64,000 nt of DNA from an uncultured Phycisphaerales bacterium. Its GTDB lineage: Bacteria > Planctomycetota > Phycisphaerae > Tepidisphaerales > Tepidisphaeraceae. Where the stretch lies: the NCBI GenBank assembly GCA_963755915.1, contig CAVWLP010000002.1, positions 2,688,001 through 2,752,000 of the forward strand. The letters are read 5' to 3'. Every line of letters begins with the position of its first letter. Within the stretch, counting starts at the first letter, position 1. This document shows, in pieces, positions 1 through 10,606 of this stretch. The notes below the pieces were generated by a model. That model had not been told where the DNA came from. It did not search any database and saw only the letters and a list, made by a program, of their open reading frames with translations. The position numbers were made by a program, and so were the translations under genes.

Positions 1-919
1 GCTGATGAAGTCTCGGGCCGAGCAGCGGCGGCTGCAATTCAAAACGGTGATTGATGAATCGATTCCGCATTACATTCAGACGGATCCGCTGCGGCTGCGG
101 GAGATTTTGATGAACCTGGTGGGAAACGCGGTCAAGTTTACGTCCAAAGGTGAAGTTGAAATGCGGGCGTGGTGCGAGCGGGGGGCGGAATCGAGCATGT
201 TGCGGGTGGCGATCCGGGATAGCGGAATCGGAATGACGGAGGAACAGGTGGCGAAGATATTCGAACCGTTTTCGCAGGCGGAGCATTCGACGACGCGGAA
301 ATTTGGGGGCACGGGGCTGGGGCTGGCGATCAGCCGGAGGTTGGCGCGGCTTTTGGGGGGCGACATTTCGGCTAAATCGGAATTGGGGGCGGGAAGCGAA
401 TTTTACGTCTGGATTGACGGCGGCGCGATCGATGAGAGTGATGGCGGACCGGCCGGCGGCGAGACGCCCGGGCAGGGTTCGAGCAGGGATGAGGAGGGGG
501 CGGAGATAACGCTGCGTGGGCGGATTCTGCTGGTGGAAGATGGGCGCGACAACCAGCGGCTGCTGTCGTCTTACCTGGAAATGGCGGGAGCGGAAGTGGT
601 GATTGCGGAGAACGGGCAGCTGGGTGTGGAACGGGCCGAGTCAGAGGATTTTGATCTGATCCTGATGGACATGCAGATGCCGGTGATGGATGGGTACACG
701 GCGGCGCGGGAGTTGCGGAAGTGGGGGAGCAAGCTGCCGATCATCGCGCTGACGGCGTATGCGATGTCGAGCGATCGTGACAAGTGCCTGGCGGCTGGAT
801 GCACCGACTATTTGAGCAAGCCGGTGGATAGCGAGGCGATGCTGCGGATGGTGAAGCGTTATCTGGGGGAGGGGGCGGGGTCGGGGGAGCTTCAGGCGGC
901 GGGGTTGGGGCAGGGGTGA
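1..919 (+). CDS. Hybrid sensor histidine kinase/response regulator, 5'-truncated by window edge
   Basis: HATPase boxes (NLVGNAVKFT, DSGIGM, GGTGLGLAIS) followed by a receiver domain (ILLVED, DLILMDMQMPVMDG, KP). Confidence 0.93.
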   Translation, partial: LMKSRAEQRRLQFKTVIDESIPHYIQTDPLRLREILMNLVGNAVKFTSKGEVEMRAWCERGAESSMLRVAIRDSGIGMTEEQVAKIFEPFSQAEHSTTRKFGGTGLGLAISRRLARLLGGDISAKSELGAGSEFYVWIDGGAIDESDGGPAGGETPGQGSSRDEEGAEITLRGRILLVEDGRDNQRLLSSYLEMAGAEVVIAENGQLGVERAESEDFDLILMDMQMPVMDGYTAARELRKWGSKLPIIALTAYAMSSDRDKCLAAGCTDYLSKPVDSEAMLRMVKRYLGEGAGSGELQAAGLGQG

Positions 920-1040
920 TGGTGGTTGGTGACGAGAAAAGGCGGTTTCTCGTGCATGGTGATGCGGTTCCGCCGCGGGAGCACATGACTGCTCTGGCGA
1001 GGTTCCGGGGGCCGTGGGGTGTTGGGCGGGAAAGCGCCGT

Positions 1041-1066
1041 GCGGTTCGACACAGCTCACCGAAGTC
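1041..1066 (+). repeat. REP-like short palindromic repeat, copy 1
   Basis: GCGGTTCGACACAGCTCACCGAAGTC; near-identical copies at 7887-7912 (+) and 56439-56463 (-). Confidence 0.75.
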
Positions 1067-1261
1067 AAGCACGGCGGCTACACGGGGAGAGGTTGGGGAC
1101 GGCGGGAGGGGAGGGGAGAAGGCGCAACCTCGCCGGAATTTTGACGTTTTGGGTCTCACTTTGCTTTTGACACTCACTCCCCTGCGCGTAAACTCGGTTT
1201 TTGAGGCGGAAAAATGGCGTAGCCCCCGCCTTTGAAGTTTTTATATAATTTCGTCCGATAA

Positions 1262-2597
<1,336 letters not shown>

Positions 2598-2645
2598 TGC
2601 CTGTGTGCTGAGCTTGCTCGTGGGTGCGGGCCAGGGACGGCTTTT

Positions 2646-3434
2646 ATGGTGTTGAAACTTGGTCGTAGTGAAAAGACGCAGCCGGTGACGCTGCCGTGGG
2701 AGTCTATCGATTCTCAGGAGGCGGAGAAGGCGACGAACTGGGAAGCGGAAGACAAGGGCGATTGGTTTCTGGATGCGCCGCAGGGGGAATGGGAGATCGA
2801 TTCGGCGGCTAAATCTGGGGACAATTCGCCGGATGATGCGGAAGAGGATGATCGCGCGGTTCCGATGGAGTCGATGCACGAGGTTGAGGATGAGGAACCG
2901 GCTGAGCCGCACCGCGGGGCGGAGCGCGGGGGTTGGACGTTTGCCGTTTTGTGCATGGGGCTGGGGATTTTGGGGGCGAGCATTTTGATCCCGCAGGCGG
3001 ATGCGAATCGACGGCTGGTTTACGAGCGGGAGAAACTGCGGCTGGACCTGACGCAGGTGCAGAGGCAGATCGCGGTGAATTCGCAGTTTCTGGATGAGAT
3101 GGAGCGCGATCCGCAGCTTACGGAGCGGCTGGCGCAGCGGGAAATGCATGCGGTAAAGGAGGGGGAGAACGTGGTGAATACGAGCGGGAATTCCGTGGGG
3201 GCTTCGGCGACCGCGCGGGCGGATCGAATGTCGCCGTTCAGCATAGTGAATGTTCCGCCGCCACCGGCGCTGGCGCCCTATCAACCTGTGGGGGGACTTT
3301 TCGCGGGGCTTTGCCGGGATCCGAAGTCGCATCTTTATGTGCTGGGGGCGGGGATGCTTCTGGTGGCGGGGGGGTTGACGCTGGGGGGTGGGCGATCTGG
3401 CGTTGCAGAAGAGATTAATACGACGAAATCATAA
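2646..3434 (+). CDS. Membrane protein with FtsB/DivIC (septum formation initiator)-like segment
   Basis: Acidic N-terminus, TM helix, coiled coil ending DPQLTERLAQREMHAVKEGE, second C-terminal TM; lies directly downstream of eno. Confidence 0.55.
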   Translation: MVLKLGRSEKTQPVTLPWESIDSQEAEKATNWEAEDKGDWFLDAPQGEWEIDSAAKSGDNSPDDAEEDDRAVPMESMHEVEDEEPAEPHRGAERGGWTFAVLCMGLGILGASILIPQADANRRLVYEREKLRLDLTQVQRQIAVNSQFLDEMERDPQLTERLAQREMHAVKEGENVVNTSGNSVGASATARADRMSPFSIVNVPPPPALAPYQPVGGLFAGLCRDPKSHLYVLGAGMLLVAGGLTLGGGRSGVAEEINTTKS

Positions 3435-4837
3435 ACTGCATGGACTGGCACATTGCAGCGGTGATTAACAGCGTTGCCGCGAACACGGTCAGCCGCGCGC
3501 GGGGGCCAGGTTGTGAGTTCGAGGCCGATGGGGAGCATGAGCATGGGGTACATGAAAATCCAGATGCGGGCGGATTCGGTTTGGAGGAGGCCGATGATGG
3601 CGATAATCAGAAATTGGGAGACGGCGGCGATGGCGATTTTGGATTCTAAGGTCAGGCCGGTTCTGATGGCGGTGGTGAAATAAAAGCTCGCGATGACGAA
3701 GCTGATCCAGGCGGAGCCGAGGGCGAAATCGTAGAGGTCGGTGAAGAAGGTCCAGGGGAGGGAATGGCGGGGGTAGCCGACGTTGTATATCAGCTTGTCC
3801 CAGAGGATTGCGTTCTGGCGGGCGCACTCGCGGAGAGTGGTGAAGGGATCGAAGCCGGTGGCGAGCCAGAGGAGGAGATAGAAGGTTGAAAAGACGGCCA
3901 GGGCGAAGGCCAAATGTTTGGCGACTTCCTTCCAGCGGAATTTTGGGTCGGAGCGGGAGAGGATGAAGGTGTAGCCGGCGAAAAAGATGGGGAGGATTCC
4001 GGGGAGATAGGTGATCAGGCCGGTGAGGGCGTAGGTCAGGCCGAAGAGGGCTCCGAAGAGAGGACGGTTTCGTTTCAGGGCCAAGGCCCAGGAGATGGCC
4101 AAGGCGCAGGTGAGGACGGGGAAGGTGGGATCGAAATCGGGGAAGAAGAGGAGCAGGGAAGGGCAAAGGGCGAAGAAAGAAGCGCCGAAGAATCCGGCAT
4201 CGCGGTTTTCGGTGTGGATGGCGATGAAGAGGTAGGTGAGGGGTACGCCGGTGGCGGCGATGAGGCCGGTGAGGAGTCCGGAGATCATCATGCCGGTCGA
4301 ACCCGTGCCGAATAAGTGAATCACGGCGATTTCGAAGAGGAGAATTCCCGGGGGTTTCTGGCGCGGGTGGAGATAGAAATGGTCGAGCAGGGTGGGGTAG
4401 CGGCGGAGGAGTTCCCTTATGGGGAAATTTTGCTGAACGATTCCGGCGGCGGAGGCGAAATAGCCGGTGCTCCAGCGGCTGGCGACGACATCGGTGATTC
4501 GCGAAAAGCTGGGGGGATTATTTTGGACGACGGCGGCGCCGACCATCAGGGCAAATGCTGAAAGGGTTATCAGCGCGACCGCGAGCGCTCGATTCTTGCG
4601 GTAAACGAATTGGGCGAGGAACAGGGGCACGCCGAGCGGGAGAAGAATCGGATAGACATAAATCGACGGGGACCATTTCCAGGGCCAGCTATAGTAGTAA
4701 TAGTTGTTGACGGAAAGCAGGTGCCCATGAACGGCGACGGCGAAGAACGCGGCGACGGCCAGGACGATGAATACCCGTATGCGAACCTGGGACGGTTTGG
4801 CGATCGCATGGTTGGCAACTGGGATCGTTTTTTCCAT
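3415..4837 (-). CDS. Polytopic membrane protein, GT-C/ArnT(GT39)-like glycosyltransferase, frameshift near 3495
   Basis: Many hydrophobic helices, HPRQKPPG loop, ESARIW motif; C-terminus continues in another frame to TAA 3415. Confidence 0.6.
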
Positions 4838-4838
4838 T

Positions 4839-6110
4839 TCAGATTGATTTGAGCGTTTCGACGAGCTTGAGGGCGTCTTCTTTGGAGGAGATTTTTGCTT
4901 CGAGCTGGGCGTCGTAGACCGAATCCAGGATCTGGCGGAATTTGGGGCCGGGATTGAGGCCGAGGGTGATGAGATCGTTGCCGTCGATGAACGGGGTGGG
5001 GGCGACATCCTGGCCGTCGAGTTGGGCGAAACGTGGTTTTAGGGCGGCGATCTTTTCCTGGTGCAAGCCGACTGCGGAGATGGTGTCGAGGAGGCGGCGG
5101 GATTGGGCCGATGTCGGGCGGGCGAGAAATCGTTTTATGGTTGCCAGTCCGGGCGGCTGATCCTGGAGCAGGGGAGAGATCGCGCCCAGGATCTCGGCCA
5201 TCTCGTCGCTCTCTTCGTTGCTGATTCGCATTGCCTGGCGCATGGCGCGGACGGTGCGGGAGACTTCGGAATGTTTGAAGGACTCGAGAATTTCGTCCCC
5301 GGCCTGATGGTGAATGCAAACTGCGGCCGCCGCGAGGGCGAGGCCGACTGAAATCGGATTGTTTGCATCAACGGAAAGGAAGATTGACCGATCGAAATTC
5401 ATCTGCTGGGGCAGTTTTGGGAAAAATCGGAAAATTTCCGGGGCGAGGCGCAAATTCCAGATCAATCGCCAGGCGATACTCCGCGTTGTCGGGGTGAGCA
5501 TGAGGCGGATTTCTTCGCCGACGCGTTCGGGGCTGATGGTTTTTACGCGAGGGGCGAGGGAAGTGATGGCGGCCGAGGTGGCGGGTTCGATGTCGAAGGA
5601 GAATCGGGCGGCAAAGCGGACGGCGCGAAGAAGTCGCAGGTGGTCTTCGCTGAAGCGCTGGTGGGGATCGCCGATGGCGCGGATTCGGCGGGCGGCGAGG
5701 TCGTCGCGGCCGCCGACGAAGTCGATGACGCGGTCTTCGATGGGGTCGAGGAATAGGCCGTTGATGGTGAAATCTCGGCGGCGGGCGTCTTCCTCGGCGG
5801 TTGTGAAGGTGACCGAGCTGGGCCGGCGGCCGTCTTCGTAGGTTCCGTCCGATCTGAAGGTGGCGACTTCGACGGTGCTCTTGCCGGATCGGACGAGGAT
5901 TACGCCGAAGGCGGCCCCGACGGCCTGGGTCGCGGGGAAGAGGGAACGGACTCTTTGGGGCGGGGCGTCGGTGGCGACGTCCCAATCGGCCGGCTCCAGC
6001 CCCAGGAGCGAGTCGCGGACGCAACCACCGGCGAAGTAGGCGATGTGGCCGCTGTCGCGCAGCCGTTTGAGAACGGCCAGGGCGTCGGGGCGCGAGCAGG
6101 GGGGTTTCAT
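4839..6110 (-). CDS. cca: CCA-adding enzyme / poly(A) polymerase family nucleotidyltransferase
   Basis: AGGCVRD, DWDVAT, EVATFR, RRDFTIN, EDHLRLLRAVRF, SPERV. Confidence 0.9.
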   Translation of the reverse strand: MKPPCSRPDALAVLKRLRDSGHIAYFAGGCVRDSLLGLEPADWDVATDAPPQRVRSLFPATQAVGAAFGVILVRSGKSTVEVATFRSDGTYEDGRRPSSVTFTTAEEDARRRDFTINGLFLDPIEDRVIDFVGGRDDLAARRIRAIGDPHQRFSEDHLRLLRAVRFAARFSFDIEPATSAAITSLAPRVKTISPERVGEEIRLMLTPTTRSIAWRLIWNLRLAPEIFRFFPKLPQQMNFDRSIFLSVDANNPISVGLALAAAAVCIHHQAGDEILESFKHSEVSRTVRAMRQAMRISNEESDEMAEILGAISPLLQDQPPGLATIKRFLARPTSAQSRRLLDTISAVGLHQEKIAALKPRFAQLDGQDVAPTPFIDGNDLITLGLNPGPKFRQILDSVYDAQLEAKISSKEDALKLVETLKSI

Positions 6111-6182
6111 TGGGGGGGATTCTATCGGAAATCGCTGGGATTTTTGATAACATGGCGCGGGTTCACCGGGAGTTTGAAGACG

Positions 6183-7271
6183 ATGAATCGACTTGTTGTT
6201 TTTCTATGCATTTTCGTGCTGGGCGCGGCGGGGTGCAGCAGCTCGCCACCGGCGGCGAGTTCCAGCGGTGAATCTTTCCAGGCGCAGGGGGGTGGGTCGG
6301 ATACGTCTTCCACGGCGGCTGCACCCGATCCCAATTCGGATATGCCGACGATTCCGCCGGACGCGATGTATACGCTGCATTGCGCGACGTTCACCGGGCT
6401 GACGCATATCGAGGACGCCAAGCGGGTGAAGCAGTTGCTGGTTCAATCGACCGGGTCGAAGGATTGGTACGTGGTTCACGAGAGCGACTCGAGCGATCTT
6501 TATTTTGGGTTTTATAAGACTTTCGACGACCGGTCGCAGCTTGCGGATTTCAACCGGGCACAATCGGACAAGGTGAGAATCGGGTCCATGGTGAACGACC
6601 AGGGGGATCCCCTTTTTCCGATGGTGATGTTTACGTCGATCAACACGCCTGATCCTCCGGCGCCCAAGGCGTGGGATCTTTCCAGCAACCCGGGGTATTG
6701 GACGCTGCAGATCGCGGTTTATAAGGGGAGCCCATTGCGTAAGCAGATGGCGGTGGATGCGGTGAAGGGATTCAGGGCGGAGGGAGTGGAGGCGTATTAC
6801 CGGCATGGGCCGGCGACGAGCGAGGTGTATATCGGGTCGTGGCCGCGCGAGGCGGTGCAGGAGCAGGAGGCGGCGTCGGCGGAGGCGGACGATCCGGATG
6901 AATCGCTGCTGGTTGTTCCGGGGCCTCTGCCGAAGGGGATCGATCCGAACAATCTGCACGATGCCCAGGGGCGAAAGGTGAAAGTAGTGATGCCTCAGTT
7001 GGTCATTCAGGATGAATCGCTGAAGCGCGTCACCCAGCAGTATCCCAACTATTACGTTAACGGAGTTGTGGCAGGGCACAAGGTGAAGATGGCAGACGGG
7101 ACCTACCAGGTCGTCGCGTGGCCGTCGTATTTGATCCAGGTTCCGCATGACAACCAGGACGAGCAGGACCAAACGGACAAGACGGATCTTGGGCAGTCGC
7201 CTTCGCAGCAGCAGGGGGGGGAGACCGAGGAGCCGGGGAGCAATGTTCCGGGTCTCGGCGGGCTGCGATGA
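6183..7271 (+). CDS. Lipoprotein with two putative SPOR-like repeats
   Basis: Signal peptide with lipobox AAGC, Ser/Pro linker, two similar beta-alpha-beta-beta segments (YTLHCATF..., WTLQIAVY...). Confidence 0.6.
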   Translation: MNRLVVFLCIFVLGAAGCSSSPPAASSSGESFQAQGGGSDTSSTAAAPDPNSDMPTIPPDAMYTLHCATFTGLTHIEDAKRVKQLLVQSTGSKDWYVVHESDSSDLYFGFYKTFDDRSQLADFNRAQSDKVRIGSMVNDQGDPLFPMVMFTSINTPDPPAPKAWDLSSNPGYWTLQIAVYKGSPLRKQMAVDAVKGFRAEGVEAYYRHGPATSEVYIGSWPREAVQEQEAASAEADDPDESLLVVPGPLPKGIDPNNLHDAQGRKVKVVMPQLVIQDESLKRVTQQYPNYYVNGVVAGHKVKMADGTYQVVAWPSYLIQVPHDNQDEQDQTDKTDLGQSPSQQQGGETEEPGSNVPGLGGLR

Positions 7272-7936
7272 TGGAAATCGTCATTGCGAGCACCAATCAA
7301 GGGAAGATCCGTGAGTTTCGGCAGATGCTGGAGGGATGGGAGGGGATTCGAGTCAGCGATTTGAGCCAGCGTGAAGGCTTGCCGGTGGTTGAGGAGACGG
7401 GGCATACGTTTTTGGCGAACGCGTGCCTGAAGGCGTCGGGATATGCGCGCATTCTGAAGAAATGGTGCCTGGCGGATGACAGCGGGCTGGCGGTGGATGC
7501 TTTGGGGGGCAAACCGGGGGTTCTCAGTGCCCGGTGGGCGGCGGTGAATCATGCCGGGGAGGGGGATACGGATAACAATGCGCTGCTGCTGAAGCAGTTG
7601 GCGGGAGTGCCGGCGGAGAGCAAGACGGCGCGGTTTATTTGTGCGTTGGCGCTGGCGAATGAGCAGGGGATGATCGTTGTGACGGCAAGCGGAGCTGTAG
7701 AGGGGCGGATTCTGGAGGAGCCGAGGGGCGAGGCGGGGTTTGGGTATGATCCGCTGTTTCTCATCGATGCACTGGGGAAGACGACGGCGGAGCTGCCGGC
7801 GGGGGAGAAGCATGGGATTAGCCATCGGGGGCAGGCGCTGCGGAGGTTGGCCGGGGTGATGGGGAGGGTGGGGGGGATTGCCAATTGCGGTTCGACTGAG
7901 CTCACCGAAGTCCGATTGCCAAATGCCGAATTTTGA
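7268..7936 (+). CDS. rdgB: Non-canonical purine NTP pyrophosphatase (RdgB/HAM1)
   Basis: ASTNQGK, EETG, ADDSGL, PGVLSARW, GFGYDPLF, SHRG. Confidence 0.95.
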   Translation: MMEIVIASTNQGKIREFRQMLEGWEGIRVSDLSQREGLPVVEETGHTFLANACLKASGYARILKKWCLADDSGLAVDALGGKPGVLSARWAAVNHAGEGDTDNNALLLKQLAGVPAESKTARFICALALANEQGMIVVTASGAVEGRILEEPRGEAGFGYDPLFLIDALGKTTAELPAGEKHGISHRGQALRRLAGVMGRVGGIANCGSTELTEVRLPNAEF

Positions 7937-8004
7937 ACAGCAAAGATTCACGCTTCCGCCCGGGTGTCCCTCATTCGGCAATTGGCAATCGGCAATCGGC
8001 AATC
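7877..8004. repeat. Inverted heptamer (GATTGCC/GGCAATC) repeat element with an embedded REP-like copy at 7887-7912
   Basis: attgccaattgc..cgattgccaaatgcc on the left, ggcaattggcaatcggcaatcggcaatc on the right. Confidence 0.7.
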
Positions 8005-8020
8005 TATGATTTCCAACCAC

Positions 8021-8437
8021 ATGAGCCGAGTCCTCATAGCTGTGAGCAGTCCCTGGGCGGCGGAGAAGGTGGTGGTGCCGCTGGCGGACCTGGCCAAGCG
8101 GCTGGAGGCGGAGGTTCTGGTGGTTCATGTCTCCCGGCCCAGCGGGGGTCAGATGCGCGAGCAGGAACAGGCGGACGGGGAGGCGGCGATCAGCCTCCTG
8201 CGGAGCAAGCTCCAGGAGCGGGACGTGGCGGTGCAGACGCTGCTGATGTTCAGCGACGACATCGCCCGGGCAATCCTCAATACGGCCGCAGAGCGGGACG
8301 TGACGCTGATTGCGCTGGGGTTGACGGGTAAGAACATTTTTGCACGGCTGCTGGCGGGGAATGTTCCTGTGGAATTGATTAAGAACACGAAAATTCCGGT
8401 TATCCTGCTGCCACCGGACTGGAACGGGGCGCTTTGA
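8021..8437 (+). CDS. Universal stress protein
   Basis: RVLIAV, VLVVHV, LIALG..G, GNVPVELIKNTKIPVILLP; ~138 aa single USP domain. Confidence 0.88.
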   Translation: MSRVLIAVSSPWAAEKVVVPLADLAKRLEAEVLVVHVSRPSGGQMREQEQADGEAAISLLRSKLQERDVAVQTLLMFSDDIARAILNTAAERDVTLIALGLTGKNIFARLLAGNVPVELIKNTKIPVILLPPDWNGAL

Positions 8438-8515
8438 AGGGAAAGATTTTCGCGGTTGAGAAAGAATGGGGGGAAAAGAATTATCCTAATTCTGTCGTCA
8501 AAACCGAAGAATATA

Positions 8516-8543
8516 TTTGCGTAGAAGAGAATAACGCTATAAT
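8516..8543 (+). promoter_or_regulatory. Putative sigma70 promoter of pdaD
   Basis: TTTGCG/TTGCGT then perfect TATAAT (8538-8543) in an AT-rich intergenic region; AAGGAG RBS follows. Confidence 0.5.
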
Positions 8544-8598
8544 TCCGCCTCGCGCGGAGAAAAAAACACCTCGCGGGCGATAGAAGGAGTTTTCAGGA

Positions 8599-9264
8599 AT
8601 GGTTAATGGCGATGACTTCATGCCGAAGGAATGCTTTTTCACCAAGGGCGTCGGACGGCATGCACAGAAGCTGATGAGTTTTGAATTGGCGCTTCGGGAT
8701 GCGGGGATTGAAAAGCAAAATCTGGTGCGCGTCTCCTCGATTTATCCGACAAGCTGCAAAATCGTTCCGATGAAGGAGGGTCAGCCCAAGCTCAAGCCGG
8801 GGCAGATTACCTTCGTGGTGCTGGCGGAGGCGGCGACGGACGAGCCCAACCGGCTGATCTGCGCCGGCATCGGGCTGGCGATCCCGCGGAATCATGCCCA
8901 TGGGTATATCGCGGAGCACCACGGCTATGGGATGACGGAAAAGAAGACCGAGGACCTGTGCGAAGATCTGGCTGCCACCATGCTGGCGACGACGTTGGGA
9001 ATTCCGTTCGAAGCCGACAAGAATTGGGACGAGCGCGAGCAGCAGTACAAGATGAGCGGGGAAATATTCAAGACCCGCGCGGTGGTTCAGACCGCTGAAG
9101 GGGATAAGAGCGGGCTGTGGACGAGCGTGGTTTCGGCGGTGGTGTTTATCCTTGACAAGAACTACGTCGAGAAGCCGGCGGGGGAGGCTGCGCCTGCAGC
9201 GCCGAGTTCGGAGAAGACGATTTCCGATCGGATGGGGGGCGGGCTGAGCGGGCCGGCGGTTTAA
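8599..9264 (+). CDS. pdaD: Pyruvoyl-dependent arginine decarboxylase
   Basis: FFTKGVG, SFELALRDAGIE, NLVRVSSI (Ser-Ser autocleavage site), GYIAEHH. Confidence 0.92.
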   Translation: MVNGDDFMPKECFFTKGVGRHAQKLMSFELALRDAGIEKQNLVRVSSIYPTSCKIVPMKEGQPKLKPGQITFVVLAEAATDEPNRLICAGIGLAIPRNHAHGYIAEHHGYGMTEKKTEDLCEDLAATMLATTLGIPFEADKNWDEREQQYKMSGEIFKTRAVVQTAEGDKSGLWTSVVSAVVFILDKNYVEKPAGEAAPAAPSSEKTISDRMGGGLSGPAV

Positions 9265-10559
9265 ACTCCGTTTGGTTTGAATTCCTTCCAGATCACATTG
9301 GTTACCGATGTGCGCACGCCAACTCCCTGGATCATGAATCCGAGTTTCCGCGTGTCGGCGGGTGCGCGGATGGGGCCGTAAAAGGCCATCTTGTTGTCGA
9401 TGAAGACCTGGACGTCGGGGCCGATCACCAGGACGCGAATGGTTCCGTCCTGATCCCACGCGGGGGTGGGCGTCTCGGATATGCCGACACCGGGACCGGG
9501 GCCGTCGAAATCGATCAGGCCCTGGGGAAAGAGGCTGATTTTGATCTGGGCGACATTGCGTGTCCCCAGGTCGACGATTCCAAAGTTCAGGGATGGATCC
9601 CAGTCGTCGCTGTGTCCGACGGGCTTGAAATGGAAATGGGCGCTGAGCTCGACGTTTGGCGCGGTCGGCTTGAACGCGAAGAGCTGGTACTGGCCGGCCG
9701 GGGCTTTGAGGGTGAGCGTGCCGGTGTTGATGAACTGGCTGATCTGATTCGGGGCATCGACGCTTCCATCGACGTGAAATGTGGCCAGCTCGGTGCTGTG
9801 ATCGACGGAGGTCATTTGCGCGGCGGCGTCGGCGGGGATGAGCCGCTGGCGGGGGGTGAAGGAACGAACCAGCCGCAATGCCTTTCGCAGCGCGGGGCGA
9901 TCGTCCTGAACCGCGACGGGATATTGTCGCGACAGACCCTGGGCGAGCTGGAGCTTAAAATCGGCCTTGGCGGCTCCGTACATCCAGCGGGCGATGATGG
10001 GGGCGCGATCTGGCGGGGCGAGCTTGATGGCAAAAGTGCCGAAGTCGAGGGTGTCCTGAAAGCGCCAATCCCGCCAGGCGATCCGGGCGGCAAGAGCGGG
10101 GAGAAGCCAGGCGTGATATCCGGCCTGCTGCGCCTGGGCCAGGGCGCTTTGGGCGAGTGGGGGGTCGTCGTCGCAGTGGATGCAGGCGACTAGCATCGCG
10201 GAATCCCAGCGCGGGTCGCGATCTTTTCCGTTCCAATACGCCTGGACCGGATACCAGGCTTGGTCGATGTCGATCGGCTGGCCTTGGGTTAATTGGACGG
10301 GACCAACGTCGGTGAGCGTGGTTGTGTCGATCTGCTTGATCGCTGCCTGGAACCTGTTCTGGAAATCGGCGGCGTTGAGCGTTGGCTTGATCGCCGGCAT
10401 CTGCGCCGGGGATTGCCAGGCCATGGGATCTGCCGCCGTTACGGGACTCTGATCCGCCCGGGCCGAGGTCCGGGCGAAAAAAAGAGCGAGGACGACAGCC
10501 CAAAGCGCCAAGTCACGCGCTTCGCCAAAATGAAACCGTACAGGTTGTCGTAGAGTCAT
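9261..10559 (-). CDS. Exported hypothetical protein (helical N-part, beta-sandwich-like C-part)
   Basis: 432-aa ORF with signal peptide (..SARADQ), beta-rich C-terminus. Confidence 0.65.
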   Translation of the reverse strand: MTLRQPVRFHFGEARDLALWAVVLALFFARTSARADQSPVTAADPMAWQSPAQMPAIKPTLNAADFQNRFQAAIKQIDTTTLTDVGPVQLTQGQPIDIDQAWYPVQAYWNGKDRDPRWDSAMLVACIHCDDDPPLAQSALAQAQQAGYHAWLLPALAARIAWRDWRFQDTLDFGTFAIKLAPPDRAPIIARWMYGAAKADFKLQLAQGLSRQYPVAVQDDRPALRKALRLVRSFTPRQRLIPADAAAQMTSVDHSTELATFHVDGSVDAPNQISQFINTGTLTLKAPAGQYQLFAFKPTAPNVELSAHFHFKPVGHSDDWDPSLNFGIVDLGTRNVAQIKISLFPQGLIDFDGPGPGVGISETPTPAWDQDGTIRVLVIGPDVQVFIDNKMAFYGPIRAPADTRKLGFMIQGVGVRTSVTNVIWKEFKPNGV

Positions 10560-10606
10560 GGTTCCGCTCCGCCGCGAATGATAAGCGAAGCGCGATCGCC
10601 TTTCGA

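Noticed and set aside
1041-1066. GGTTCGA suggesting a tRNA T-loop (also at 7889)
   Set aside because: No cloverleaf or acceptor stem; part of the REP-like repeat
916-1170. 84-aa ORF after the hybrid kinase
   Set aside because: No Hpt or other motif; overlaps a REP-like repeat and the eno upstream region
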